From Candidatus Saccharimonadota bacterium (lineage in GTDB: Bacteria; Patescibacteriota; Saccharimonadia; Saccharimonadales; VXPC01): a stretch of 64,000 nucleotides of DNA. The translations under genes were made by a program, and so were the position numbers. Shown one piece after another: positions 8,976-19,635 of the stretch. Positions within the stretch are counted from its first letter, which is position 1; every line of letters starts with the position of its first letter. A model generated the notes under the pieces. It was given only the letters and a program-made list of their open reading frames with translations, had not been told where the DNA came from and did no database searches. The stretch spans positions 62,230 to 126,229 of the forward strand of contig JAPOWB010000008.1 of assembly GCA_026707815.1 (NCBI GenBank). The letters are read 5' to 3'.

Positions 8976-10196
8976 ATGAATAGATATTCATTAATCTCTC
9001 GCTTAGCTCAGCAAGTAGTTCAAAATCACTTAAAAACAATGCCCGTAGCAGTCATTACAGGAGCTAGACAGACTGGCAAAAGTACTCTTGCCAAAGATTT
9101 AATTAGTCCCTCTCGGCAGTTTTATAGCTTAGATGATTTTGAGATTCTGAGCAATTTCTTGCAATACCCTAGGCAATTATTAAGTAGTGACCTACCAATT
9201 ACTATTGATGAAATACAATTAGCCCCCAGTTTATTAAAAGAGATTAAATTGGCGGTAGATCATCATCGCATCGAAGGGCAATTTTTACTGACTGGCTCAG
9301 CTAATCTGCTGCTAATGAAGGATATATCCGAATCATTGGCTGGTCGAGCCAGCTACATAACTTTATGGCCAACAACTCGGCGGGAGCGACTACAGGTAAA
9401 TCCCCCCAGTCTTTGGCAGGAATTATTGAGCTTAGCGGATAGAGATTGGCTGGCATTTTTTAAAAGCCAAAAATTATATCGGGATGATTGGCGAAAATTA
9501 GTTTTAAGAGGTGGTTTCCCAACCCCAGCTTGGCAGCTCAAAACAAACCCGCAATGTTCTATTTGGTTTGATAGCTATATTAAGACCTACTTGGAGCGTG
9601 ATCTTCGGAATATATCATCGATATCATCTTTACCTGATTTTCGTCGCATAATGCAAATTTTATGTCTGAGAATCGGACAATTATTAAATCAAGCAGAAAT
9701 ATCTAGAATAACTGGCATACCTCAACCAACAATTTGGAGATATATTAACTTATTGGAAATTTCCTATATGTTAATTCGCTTACCCGCTTATACATCCAAT
9801 AAGGGGAAAAGTCTATTAAAAACTCCTAAAATATATTGGGCGGATACGGGTTTAGGCTTGCATATTTCTAAGGGTCAAATCAATGGCTTTCATTTAGAAA
9901 ATTTAATCTTAACTGATTTCATGAGCTGGAATGATGCTTCAACTTTGAATGCAGAGATATTCCATTGGCGAACTACATCAGGTCAAGAAGTGGACTTTGT
10001 TATTGAATATAACGGTAATTTATTGCCAATGGAAATCAAAGCTTCAAATTTACCAACAGCTAAAGATATTAAAAATATTCATGTATTCCAAGAGATGTAT
10101 CCTCAGTCTAGATGCGGAATACTACTACACAGTGGTCAAACTTTAGAGTGGCTTAGTCCAAAAGTTTTAGCTTTGCCATGGTGGTATTTAATTTAA
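8976..10196 (+). CDS. AAA_14/DUF4143-family ATPase (shorter paralog type)
   Basis: It has ITGARQTGKSTL (Walker A) and TIDEIQLAPSLLKEIK...LLTGSANLL...SLAGRASYITLWPTTRRE. Confidence 0.7.
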   Translation: MNRYSLISRLAQQVVQNHLKTMPVAVITGARQTGKSTLAKDLISPSRQFYSLDDFEILSNFLQYPRQLLSSDLPITIDEIQLAPSLLKEIKLAVDHHRIEGQFLLTGSANLLLMKDISESLAGRASYITLWPTTRRERLQVNPPSLWQELLSLADRDWLAFFKSQKLYRDDWRKLVLRGGFPTPAWQLKTNPQCSIWFDSYIKTYLERDLRNISSISSLPDFRRIMQILCLRIGQLLNQAEISRITGIPQPTIWRYINLLEISYMLIRLPAYTSNKGKSLLKTPKIYWADTGLGLHISKGQINGFHLENLILTDFMSWNDASTLNAEIFHWRTTSGQEVDFVIEYNGNLLPMEIKASNLPTAKDIKNIHVFQEMYPQSRCGILLHSGQTLEWLSPKVLALPWWYLI

Positions 10197-10404
10197 ATGA
10201 AGAGATTATCATATGTATAGTTAAGTTTCCAAAACTGGCAGTTAGATTACAAAAAATTCAGAATATATCTAAAGAATCTTATCTCTTTTATTGAGCGAAG
10301 CATTGCCAAGGTTTATCCTCACCTTGATTTGAAACTAAACAAATAAAATGTATATTAGGAAGTGAAGTAATGTTTAGAAAAATAAAACTATAAGTGGAAC
10401 TAAA

Positions 10405-10626
10405 TTGAGGCAGAATCTTGCTGATATTACTCAAGTTGTCGCTAATGACACAGATGTAATTATCACTTATAGAGGTGTTCAAAAACAGGTAATTATGAGT
10501 CTAGACAGATATGAAGATTTGCTAGCTTCATCGAATCCCAAGTATTTAGCAGATATTAAACAGGCTCGTCTTCAAACTAAATCTGGGCAATATTTAAAAT
10601 TTGATGAAGTCTTCGATAATTTGTAG
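10405..10626 (+). CDS. Phd/YefM-family antitoxin
   Basis: It is a 73-aa protein with LADITQVVANDTDVIITYRGVQKQVIMSLDRYEDL (Phd/YefM fold), and it lies immediately upstream of a RelE-like ORF. Confidence 0.6.
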   Translation: MRQNLADITQVVANDTDVIITYRGVQKQVIMSLDRYEDLLASSNPKYLADIKQARLQTKSGQYLKFDEVFDNL

Positions 10627-10890
10627 ATGGCAAAATATCAAGTCATTTTGATCAAGAATACTATTAAAAATTTGGAAAAATTGGATAGAATCATTCTTCA
10701 GCGTATCAAACAAAGATTAGAATATTTCAGAAAGAACAAACCTCTTAGCCAAGCGATTCAACTAACCAAACCAGCAGATGCCCAGTATAGTTGGCGGCTC
10801 GGAGATTATAGAATCTTATTTGATTACAGGAAATCAGATCAAACAATTATTATTTTAAAAATCCAGCACAGAAAAGAAATCTATCGCTAA
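10627..10890 (+). CDS. RelE/ParE-family toxin
   Basis: It is an 87-aa protein with ...WRLGDYRILFDYRKSDQTIIILKIQHRKEIYR (RelE/ParE C-terminal signature). Its start abuts the antitoxin stop. Confidence 0.65.
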   Translation: MAKYQVILIKNTIKNLEKLDRIILQRIKQRLEYFRKNKPLSQAIQLTKPADAQYSWRLGDYRILFDYRKSDQTIIILKIQHRKEIYR

Positions 10891-11106
10891 AATTGATGCA
10901 AATGTGAACTGAATGGGTTTTACACTAGCTCCCATAAATCAAAGCTGCTTATTCATCTAAATGCACCTCACTCCATCATCGTAAGAAAATTTGTTGAATT
11001 AAAATTAGTGGTACACTGAGTAGATATTAACTTACTGTTGTATTCTAAAACACCAAAAGATTATTTCGTTGTTGAATCTTAATACAACAGCATATATAAT
11101 AAAGAT

Positions 11107-12555
11107 ATGGACAGCGAACTATATATTAGACAATATTTAAACCAACAACTAGAACATGGACATCAAGCCCTGAGCCTCAAGCTGATTGACTCGCAAAAAT
11201 CAAGACTACTAATCAGAAAACTCCAACGATATATTCAGCAATTTCTTGGTGGCGAAAAACAGGCTGATCGATGGGTTATTATCCCCGGTCTAAGGGGGGT
11301 GGGTAAAACCACCATATTAGCTCAAACTTACATTTGGCTGGAAGCAACGCATAATATTGAAGATATAAATTTAATCTATATTTCCTTGGATGAAATCATC
11401 CCGCAACTTAATTCTAATCTAAATCAGGTTATGCAAGTTTACGCTCAAGTATTGGGACACGATTGGATTAATTGTAAAAAACCCACCTTCGTCTTTATTG
11501 ATGAAGTTCAGCTTGATATCAATTGGGCGCAAACTTTGAAAGTGATATATGATAAAAACCCTAATCTATTTTTTATTTGCAGCGGCTCATCAGCTACATA
11601 TTTACAACTGAACGCTGATGTTGCGGGACGAAGAGCTATCATTGAAAGGCTTTATCCTTTGGCTTTTACTGAATATCAGTTATTAGCCTATGACAAAGAT
11701 AGCTCCCCTCATTTTAAAGATGAACTGATGACTATTCTTTATTATTCAGATTCAGCTGACATAGTTTTTAAAAAGCTAAAACAAAAACGACTGCTACTTG
11801 ATCGAGCTTGGGCAAAGTATGACAGTAATAATCTTGATCACTACTTAACAATGGGAACTATGCCTTTTGCTCTGCATCAAACTAATAGAGAGAAAACTTA
11901 CATAGCCTTAAGAGGTATGATTGATCAGGTAATTAATAATGATATACAGGCTGTTAAGAACTTTAATCAAGGTAGCCTAGCTGTCATCAGAAGATTGATG
12001 TTTTTATTAGCTGATTCCGGTGATGTTGTTAGCTTAGAAACATTGGGCAAGGTATTGGGGGTAGATAAAAAGCAAATTTGGGAAATGCTAGATACCTTAC
12101 TTAAAACTGAATTATTAATAAAAGTTAATGCTTATGGCAATCATTATACTGCAACCCGCAAACCAGCTCGCTATCATTTTATGAGTCCAGCTATCCGATT
12201 GACTTTAGCTAGCAGTATCAGTAATCGCAACCTGACGATAGCTAGAAGAGGACGATTATTGGAAGATATAGTCAGTTTGTATTATTATCAAAACTTTGCT
12301 ATTAATCATAAAGCTGATTTAACTTATCCTTACAGTGTTAATAACCAGAAAAACTGTGATTTCATTTTAAAGATACTCAATAGCCATAATATAGCTTTAG
12401 AATTTAGTCTTGGTAAAAAGGACATTAAACAATTGGTTGCCACCATGAAGACAATCGATTGTCGTTATGGGTTGATGTTTTCAGATTCTAATCTGAAACT
12501 GATCAAAGATCAGAATATTATTAAGATTCCCATACATTACTTCTTTTTGTCTTAG
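11107..12555 (+). CDS. AAA_14/DUF4143-family ATPase paralog
   Basis: It has IIPGLRGVGKTTILAQTY and FVFIDEVQLDINWAQTLK...CSGSSATYLQLNADVAGRRAIIERLYPLAFTEY. Confidence 0.7.
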   Translation: MDSELYIRQYLNQQLEHGHQALSLKLIDSQKSRLLIRKLQRYIQQFLGGEKQADRWVIIPGLRGVGKTTILAQTYIWLEATHNIEDINLIYISLDEIIPQLNSNLNQVMQVYAQVLGHDWINCKKPTFVFIDEVQLDINWAQTLKVIYDKNPNLFFICSGSSATYLQLNADVAGRRAIIERLYPLAFTEYQLLAYDKDSSPHFKDELMTILYYSDSADIVFKKLKQKRLLLDRAWAKYDSNNLDHYLTMGTMPFALHQTNREKTYIALRGMIDQVINNDIQAVKNFNQGSLAVIRRLMFLLADSGDVVSLETLGKVLGVDKKQIWEMLDTLLKTELLIKVNAYGNHYTATRKPARYHFMSPAIRLTLASSISNRNLTIARRGRLLEDIVSLYYYQNFAINHKADLTYPYSVNNQKNCDFILKILNSHNIALEFSLGKKDIKQLVATMKTIDCRYGLMFSDSNLKLIKDQNIIKIPIHYFFLS

Positions 12556-12559
12556 GATT

Positions 12560-12738
12560 TCATAACCCCAAGATATCCGGCTTCACCATTGTCAAGATCA
12601 TGATTGTTTTGGTGGTTGCTGGCTTGATCCTAGCGGTAGTCTTTATTGCTGTTACGGCTCTGCAGAGGAATCAGAGGAATGGTGCTAGGCAGAATGATGT
12701 GGCATATCTAAAAGCTCAATGTGACACTGTCTTTTAAT
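12560..12738 (+). pseudogene. Truncated type IV pilin cassette 5 (N-terminal ~57 codons only, no start codon, E+5 replaced by K)
   Basis: HNPKIS|GFTIVKIMIVLVVAGLILAVVFIAVTALQRNQRNGARQNDVAYLKAQCDTVF*. Homology starts at the same ATAACCCC boundary (12563). It lies 10 bp after the ATPase stop. Confidence 0.7.
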
Positions 12739-12873
12739 GCCATAAATTCGGAAGATCTTAATTAGTCTAATCAGGCTGCTGCTACCCCCCCCCCCTTTTT
12801 TTTAAAAAAAAATGGGAGGTTTTGATTTAAGAAAAAGAACTTAGAATCCCTAAGAGATATATCATATATACAC

Positions 12874-13944
12874 CTAGTGCCTGAACTTAAACAATAAGTG
12901 TCTCAATAAAGTATTTTTCTCTAAACGAGTTAAAATCCAAAAGAATAAATAATGAAGTTTTTTAATACTTAAAGTATAAGTTGGTAAATAATCATAACGT
13001 GTTCGGGTAAATTTTGATTTAAAGATGGTCAGGCCATAGAAATTATGTTTACTGGTAGCTTTGGGTGGAGCTACGCCCCATAGATTATAAACAGATAGAC
13101 CCTGTTTGAGAGCATCTGAGATAGCTTGCTTTTGCAATAAATAGGAAGCCCCCACAGTTTGTCCCCTAGTTGAAGATCCGCCATATAAATAGCTTCTCTC
13201 CCCCTCTAGATCAATCATCACTGCTGAAGCCAAAGCTTCGGAGTTGTCCTCCTCATGCACCAAATAAAGATGCAACTTATTGGCTTTAAAAAACTCTAAG
13301 GCTTGGATTTTAATAAAGCTTAAGGGCTCTTGAACAAATTTTTGGCGATGTTGAGTTAATTGATGAATCTTCAAAAAAGATTCTATACCACTTAAACTAT
13401 TATCAACAGTTACTGATAGATTATTATCTTCGGCTTGTCTAATTTCATATCTTAGTTTGGCGTATCTTTTACCTCTAAATAAAGATTCCTCACTCAAATC
13501 GGTTAAATCCAACTTTAAAGTGCTAGGTGTAGTTAGATTAATTAGGCTTAATCTCAATTTAAACTTAGTCATCAAATCCACATTGTTGGCAGTATTCATT
13601 AAGCAACTGGCCAAATTAATAAAAATAGCTGAAGTCTCTGAAGCTAAAGACTTTAATCTTTCGATTAATGATCTGAAGAGAGCTTCGGGTGGTGAATCGT
13701 CCGAGAAATTGACGAAGACTTTCAAGAAGCGTCCCCGTTTGGCGGGAGTATTAATAACTAAAATTAAAGCCTTTGGTTTTTGATTTTCATAAATCCCCAG
13801 CCTAAAAATCTCAAAGCCAGCCTTTTTGAAGGCTTGACCTTGCTCCCAAGCAGTTAATAAACTGCGTTTGTGAATATCTAAGCTTTTATAAGCTGATTGC
13901 CACTGCTGACTTGTAAAATTAGTTTTCCAAACATATTCAGGCAT
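12874..13944 (-). CDS. FemAB-like / GNAT-fold acyltransferase (tentative)
   Basis: It is 356 aa. Length and composition fit a two-lobed FemAB/BioF2-like fold; the assignment comes from overall resemblance only. Confidence 0.3.
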   Translation of the reverse strand: MPEYVWKTNFTSQQWQSAYKSLDIHKRSLLTAWEQGQAFKKAGFEIFRLGIYENQKPKALILVINTPAKRGRFLKVFVNFSDDSPPEALFRSLIERLKSLASETSAIFINLASCLMNTANNVDLMTKFKLRLSLINLTTPSTLKLDLTDLSEESLFRGKRYAKLRYEIRQAEDNNLSVTVDNSLSGIESFLKIHQLTQHRQKFVQEPLSFIKIQALEFFKANKLHLYLVHEEDNSEALASAVMIDLEGERSYLYGGSSTRGQTVGASYLLQKQAISDALKQGLSVYNLWGVAPPKATSKHNFYGLTIFKSKFTRTRYDYLPTYTLSIKKLHYLFFWILTRLEKNTLLRHLLFKFRH

Positions 13945-14073
13945 ATTCTGAAATTATCTGTCAAACCCTCATCTTTATGCAAAACAATCTTAAAATTATC
14001 TAATGTAGTAAATTCAGCTAATTAGAATATAGTAGCTTCAAAATTCTGCTAACATACTAGTTACTAAATACAG

Positions 14074-14535
14074 TTGAAAATGAAATCTGGTACGTTGCAA
14101 ACTAAGTTCAAAGAATATTCCTATGCTCGCAAACTAGATTTAATTACCTCCAACGAACGAGATTTTTTTCATACCCTCAGAAGAGCTGTTAATATTGAGC
14201 ATTACTACATTTTCGTTCAAATTCATTTGTCTGCTTTATTTAAGCATCAAGTTAGGGGGCAAGACTGGCAAAAAGCTTTATCTAAGATTGATCGAAAATC
14301 TGTTGATTATGTAATCTGCACTTTTAAGAGACTTAATCCAGTTTGTGGGATTGAATTAGATGATCTAAGTCATAATCAGCCTGATAGAATCAAAAGAGAC
14401 CAATTTGTCAATGGTCTTTTTCAACGAGCTGGCTTGCCTCTGCTTCGTATAAAGCAATCTGACAAAAATAATTTGGAGTCTTTAAGGGAAAAATTAGGAC
14501 AGATTGAAATTCCACAAAACTTCAGTTTTTATTAA
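14074..14535 (+). CDS. DUF2726 (NERD-like) domain protein
   Basis: SNERDFFHTLRRAV...HYYIFVQIHLSALF...SVDYVICTFKRLNPVCGIELDD matches the DUF2726 pattern. Confidence 0.55.
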   Translation: MKMKSGTLQTKFKEYSYARKLDLITSNERDFFHTLRRAVNIEHYYIFVQIHLSALFKHQVRGQDWQKALSKIDRKSVDYVICTFKRLNPVCGIELDDLSHNQPDRIKRDQFVNGLFQRAGLPLLRIKQSDKNNLESLREKLGQIEIPQNFSFY

Positions 14536-14972
14536 CCTAGCAACCAATAAGTGAGACTAGTCCAAGCTAAACCAACCATAAAACCACCAAAAACTTGAGA
14601 CGGTGAATGACCTAAGGCTAGAGAATAAGCTTTTTTCTGATCACCCAGTTTTAAAATTTCAGCAATTTGTCGCAAAGTTTTAGTGTTTTCACCGGTAGCC
14701 CTTCTAACTCCCATCGAATCATAAACTACCACTCCCCAGACGGTTAATGCCAAGCCAAAAATAGTTGAATCAAAGCCTTGATCCAATCCGACCAGCAAGG
14801 CAACTGAGGTTACTAAAGATACATGAGAAGAAGGCATGCCCCCCGAAGTCAGTAAATCATACCAATTTAAGCCGTCTTGTCTCAAAGAAAGAATGATTTT
14901 AATCAGCTGGGCAGTAATCCAACCACCTGTTGCCACGACTATATAAATGTAATCAGATAAGAATTCAATCAT
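14532..14972 (-). CDS. Divergent PAP2 / YuiD-like membrane protein
   Basis: GGMPSSHVSLVTSVALLVG...VVYDSMGVRRATG matches the acid phosphatase/vanadium haloperoxidase-related (DUF212) family. Confidence 0.55.
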   Translation of the reverse strand: MIEFLSDYIYIVVATGGWITAQLIKIILSLRQDGLNWYDLLTSGGMPSSHVSLVTSVALLVGLDQGFDSTIFGLALTVWGVVVYDSMGVRRATGENTKTLRQIAEILKLGDQKKAYSLALGHSPSQVFGGFMVGLAWTSLTYWLLG

Positions 14973-17521
14973 GATTTCTGTTTAGAAGCTTGAGATTTCT
15001 TAGATTTTGGTTTAGTCAACTCAGTCCGGGATTCCTCTTCTTCGTTGGCTAAAACAATAGCTGAAACAACTTGATCATCAGCATCAACCTTCATTAAGCG
15101 TACTCCCTGAGTGGCTCGTCGCAAACATCTAATATTCTTAGTTGCCACTCTAATGGTTTTACCTTTTTCTGAAATAGCAACAATTTCAGATTTTGAGGAT
15201 GTTAGACTATGAACGAAAACTAAATTACCAATTTTTTCATTAATAACCAAAGATTTTACTCCATAACCGCCTCGTCGATGAGTGGTAAATTCCTCAATCT
15301 TAGTCCGCTTACCATAACCATTCTGACTTAAAAAGAGTAAGGTCATATCCGGTTCAACTAAATCCATACCGACGACATAATCATCTTGTCTGAGTCTGAT
15401 GCCTCTCACTCCCCTAGCAGTTCGACCCATAGTTCGAACATCTTTTTCTGAGAAGCGATTGGATTGACCTTGAGCGGTTGAAATAATAACTTCATGATCT
15501 CCAGAACTTAGGCGAACATATTTCAGTTCATCTCCTGCCTGTAAATTAATAGTGATTAAACCGTTTTGTCTTAAGTTCTGATATTGGCTTAAAGCCGTCT
15601 TTTTGACAACTCCTTTTTTAGTACACATAAACAGATTGCCTTTAATATCTTCCGCTTTAAAAGAACCTTTATCTATTTTAAACATGGCACTAATAGTTTC
15701 ATCACTTCTCAAAGCTAAAAGATTAGCAATGTTGACTCCCTTAGCATCAATTTTAGCCACAGGAATTTCATGACATCTTAAACTAAAAACTCGACCCGTA
15801 TTAGTGAAAAATAATAAAGTGTCATGAGTATTAGCTTGAATTAAGTCTTGGACTAAATCCTCATCCCGAGTAACAATGCCTCTTCTACCCTTACCACCCC
15901 GTCGTTGTTGCTTATAATCACTGGCTTGGGTTCGCTTAATGTAATTAATAATAGTCAAAGTCACTATAACTTCTTCGTTGGGGATGAGGTCTTCATCACT
16001 GAATTTGTCTAAATCATGAGGAATGATCTGACTCCTGCGTTGATCTTGGAATTTATCTTTTAATTCCAATAATTCTTCTCGAACAACTTTTAAAATTAGT
16101 TTGTCTGAAGCTAGGAGTTTTTCTAATTTGGTAATTAATTTACGTAAATCAGCTAATTCGTCAATAATTTTCTGTCTCTCCAAACCAGCTAGACTACGCA
16201 ATTGCATAGCTAAAATAGCCGAAGCTTGAATATCTGTTAATTTGAATTTTTTAATCAATTGAGCTTTAGCTTCATCTGAAGTTTCAGCCACTCTAATGAG
16301 TTTAATGATGGCGTCAATATGATCTAGGGCAAGGTTTAAGCCTTCAAGAATATGAGCTCTATTTTGAGCTTTATGTAATTCATATTCCGTCCGCCTTCTG
16401 ACAACTGTTTGGCGATGCTTAATATGTTCTTTTAAGATATCCAGTAAGCCTAAAACTCTAGGTTGAATACCATCGATTAAGGCCAGCATATTAAAATGAA
16501 AGGCTGTCTGAAGTGAAGTATATTTATAAAGCTGATTTAAAATCTTCTTAGGGTAAGCATCTTTTTTCAAATCAATGACAATTCTAATTTTGCCTCGAGC
16601 GGATTCATCACGAATATCGGAAATGGCGGTGATTTTTTTATTCCTAACTAAATCAGCAATTCTCTCAATCATGTTAGACATATTGATAGCGTAAGGAATC
16701 TCGGTGATTATAATCCGACTAGTTTTTCTATCTTTTTCCTCTATTTCAGCTTTAGCTCGAATGATAACGCTCCCTCGCCCAGTAGCATAGGCTTTATACA
16801 TATCCTCACCAGCATAGACTAAGCCACCCGTTGGAAAATCTGGGCCCTTAATAAACTTTAAAGCGTCTTCAATTTTCGATTCAGGCTCATCAATTAGAGC
16901 AACTGTCGCATCAATGACTTCAGAAAGATTATGGGGCGGAATGCTAGTCGCCATCCCAACGGCAATCCCAATTTGACCATTGAGCAATAAATTAGGCAGT
17001 TTGGCCGGCAAAACCTCGGGTTCAACTTCTGTGCCATCATAATTGGGTCGAAAATTAACTGTCTCTTTGTCTAAATCATCAAGCAAAACCTCAGCATGTT
17101 TACTAAGCTTAGCTTCCGTATAACGATCAGCGGCAGGAGGATCGCCATCCATAGTCCCAAAATTACCTTGACCAATAATTAGGATATAGCGAGTTGACCA
17201 ATCAACTGCTAATCGAGCCATAGCATCATAAATAGCCAGATTGCCATGAGGATGATACTTGCCCATAACATCGCCAATAATTCGGGCGCTTTTTACGGTC
17301 TTGCTGCCTGATTTGATGCCGTTTTTATTCATGGAATATAAAATCCGTCGATGAACGGGCTTTAAACCATCCCGAACATCCGGCAAAGCTCTGGCGATGA
17401 TGACACTCATGGAATAACGCAGGAAGTTATCTTCCATAGTCTGGGTGATGGACGAAGCTTTGATTTGAGAATTTTGATCTTCTAAATTAGAGTCTGGTTG
17501 ACTGGTTGAATCTTTGTCCAT
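14969..17521 (-). CDS. gyrA: DNA gyrase subunit A
   Basis: It has [33 protein letters not shown] and the C-terminal beta-pinwheel repeats; it is 850 aa. Confidence 0.95.
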   Translation of the reverse strand: MDKDSTSQPDSNLEDQNSQIKASSITQTMEDNFLRYSMSVIIARALPDVRDGLKPVHRRILYSMNKNGIKSGSKTVKSARIIGDVMGKYHPHGNLAIYDAMARLAVDWSTRYILIIGQGNFGTMDGDPPAADRYTEAKLSKHAEVLLDDLDKETVNFRPNYDGTEVEPEVLPAKLPNLLLNGQIGIAVGMATSIPPHNLSEVIDATVALIDEPESKIEDALKFIKGPDFPTGGLVYAGEDMYKAYATGRGSVIIRAKAEIEEKDRKTSRIIITEIPYAINMSNMIERIADLVRNKKITAISDIRDESARGKIRIVIDLKKDAYPKKILNQLYKYTSLQTAFHFNMLALIDGIQPRVLGLLDILKEHIKHRQTVVRRRTEYELHKAQNRAHILEGLNLALDHIDAIIKLIRVAETSDEAKAQLIKKFKLTDIQASAILAMQLRSLAGLERQKIIDELADLRKLITKLEKLLASDKLILKVVREELLELKDKFQDQRRSQIIPHDLDKFSDEDLIPNEEVIVTLTIINYIKRTQASDYKQQRRGGKGRRGIVTRDEDLVQDLIQANTHDTLLFFTNTGRVFSLRCHEIPVAKIDAKGVNIANLLALRSDETISAMFKIDKGSFKAEDIKGNLFMCTKKGVVKKTALSQYQNLRQNGLITINLQAGDELKYVRLSSGDHEVIISTAQGQSNRFSEKDVRTMGRTARGVRGIRLRQDDYVVGMDLVEPDMTLLFLSQNGYGKRTKIEEFTTHRRGGYGVKSLVINEKIGNLVFVHSLTSSKSEIVAISEKGKTIRVATKNIRCLRRATQGVRLMKVDADDQVVSAIVLANEEEESRTELTKPKSKKSQASKQKS

Positions 17522-17522
17522 T

Positions 17523-19550
17523 TTAAATATCTAGATCCTTGACAAATTTGGCGTGCGTCTGAATAAAATTTTTACGCAATTCGACTTCTTCACCCATTAA
17601 TTTATTAAAAACCGCATCGGCTTTTTCAGCATCCTCAACCTTTATCTGAAGCAAAATGCGATTGGTTGGATCCATAGTTGTCTCCCATAGTTGTTCAGCA
17701 TCCATTTCTCCTAAACCCTTGAAGCGAGTTACAGAAACTCCAGCTTGTTTTTCTAGTGTTGTTTGCAAAATAGCCTCAGCTTCTGACGAATTATTATTTA
17801 ATTCTGCCGATGGTTGTTGAGGGCTGTTTTTAGCCGAAAATTTCTTAGTCTTTTCGGCAACTAATTTTTCTAATTTAGTCTGATACTCATCATCACTGTA
17901 GATATAGTGGATTTTCTTACCCAGCTTCAAAGCATGAGTTGGGGGCTGAGATAAATATAAATGACCAGCTTCAATAACCGGTCTCATATACCTGAAGAAG
18001 AAAGTCATTAATAAAGTAGCAATATGTGAACCATCAACATCAGCATCTGTCATGATAATAATCTTATGATATCTTAAAGCTTCCAAATCGAATTGTTCAT
18101 CTATGCCAACACCGATGGCTTTAATTAAAGCAACAATCTCTTTATTAGCTAACATTTTATCTAAGCGAGCTCTTTCAACATTTAATACTTTACCCCTCAG
18201 AGGCAAAATGGCTTGGGTCTTGGAATCTCGACCCGTTTTAGCTGAACCACCAGCTGAATCACCTTCGACAATAAATAATTCACTCTCAGCCGGATTGCGG
18301 CTGGAACAATCCCACAATTTACCAGGCATACTAGCGCCTTCTAGAACCCCTTTGCGAATAATGTTATCTCGAGCAGCTCGAGCAGCTCGACGAGCTCGAG
18401 CAGACAGAATAGCCTTAGCGATAATCCCCTGACCTATCTTCGGATTCTCGGCTAGAAAATAACCTAGATACTCATTGACCGTTTTCTCAACCACTCCTCT
18501 GACTTCAGGATTGCCAAGTTTATTCTTGGTTTGACCTTCAAATTGGGGATCAGAAATCTTAACTAAAATAACCGCTGTTAAGCCTTCTCTGACATCTTCC
18601 CCTGTCAGATTTTCATCTTTCTCTTTCAGCAAGCCATTAGATCGAGCATAGTCATTTAAAACTCGGGTTAAGGCTGTTCTAAAACCGACCAAATGCGCCC
18701 CTCCGGCTGAATTAAAGACATTATTGGCGAAAGCTTTGGCTATTTCATTAAAGCCATCATTATATTGTAAAGCGACTTCGACGGAAATTTTATCAACGAT
18801 TTTATCAACATAGAAAACCTTCTCTCCTACAATATCTTTGCCATAATTAAGATGTCGAACATAGGATTGAATGCCCCCTTCAAAATAAAAAGCTCCCCTT
18901 AGATTAGTTTTTTCATCGACCAATAATGTTTTAACTCCCTTGGTCAAATAAGCCTGATGCCGTAAATAATCTAGGATAACTTCAGGGTTGAGTTCTTCCT
19001 TCTTCATAATGCTGTAATCAGGCCAATAAGTAATAATAGTCCCATTCTTATCTGATGCCCCTATTTTCTCAACTTTTGTCTTTGGTTTCCCTTTAGCATA
19101 TTCTTGCTTAAAGACAGAACCCTCGCGATGAACCTCAGCGATAAGCTTACTAGCTAAAGCATTGACAACACTGATGCCCACTCCATGTAGACCACTAGAG
19201 ACTTTATAGCCTGAATCGTCGAACTTACCCCCAGCATGCAAGACTGTCATAATGGTCTCTAGAGCACTCTTATTAGTCTTAGCATGTTTGCCAACCGGAA
19301 TACCTCGCCCATTGTCTTCGACTTTAACTCCACCATCAGCTAACAAAGTGACTTTAATCTCACTGGCAAAACCGGCTAAAGCTTCATCTATACCATTATC
19401 TGCCACCTCCTTAACCATATGGTGCAAGCCCTCTAGACCGGTGCTACCAATATACATGCCCGGTCGCTTACGTACCGGTTCCAAACCTTCTAGAACTTGA
19501 ATAGAGTCTGAGCTATATTGATTAGTTGACTGACTTTTTTTTGTTGACAC
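17523..19550 (-). CDS. gyrB: DNA gyrase subunit B
   Basis: It has the GHKL ATPase motifs and the TOPRIM domain (EGDSAGGSAK, LPLRGKVLNVE). It is 675 aa and sits directly upstream of gyrA. Confidence 0.95.
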   Translation of the reverse strand: MSTKKSQSTNQYSSDSIQVLEGLEPVRKRPGMYIGSTGLEGLHHMVKEVADNGIDEALAGFASEIKVTLLADGGVKVEDNGRGIPVGKHAKTNKSALETIMTVLHAGGKFDDSGYKVSSGLHGVGISVVNALASKLIAEVHREGSVFKQEYAKGKPKTKVEKIGASDKNGTIITYWPDYSIMKKEELNPEVILDYLRHQAYLTKGVKTLLVDEKTNLRGAFYFEGGIQSYVRHLNYGKDIVGEKVFYVDKIVDKISVEVALQYNDGFNEIAKAFANNVFNSAGGAHLVGFRTALTRVLNDYARSNGLLKEKDENLTGEDVREGLTAVILVKISDPQFEGQTKNKLGNPEVRGVVEKTVNEYLGYFLAENPKIGQGIIAKAILSARARRAARAARDNIIRKGVLEGASMPGKLWDCSSRNPAESELFIVEGDSAGGSAKTGRDSKTQAILPLRGKVLNVERARLDKMLANKEIVALIKAIGVGIDEQFDLEALRYHKIIIMTDADVDGSHIATLLMTFFFRYMRPVIEAGHLYLSQPPTHALKLGKKIHYIYSDDEYQTKLEKLVAEKTKKFSAKNSPQQPSAELNNNSSEAEAILQTTLEKQAGVSVTRFKGLGEMDAEQLWETTMDPTNRILLQIKVEDAEKADAVFNKLMGEEVELRKNFIQTHAKFVKDLDI

Positions 19551-19635
19551 AAAAAACCCTTATGATTTCACGTATTTATCCGATATAAATGTCTGTTATA
19601 ATTTGCTTATATTTTAACTTGAAAGAGAGTTTTTT

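Noticed and set aside
18103-18432. ORF-track entries antisense to or nested within gyrB, gyrA, thrS, the pilus genes and others (e.g. 18103-18432, 19252-19500, 31575-31775, 44668-45090, 54975-55271, 58094-58548)
   Set aside because: They lie inside well-supported long genes on the opposite strand and have no motifs, so they are treated as spurious.
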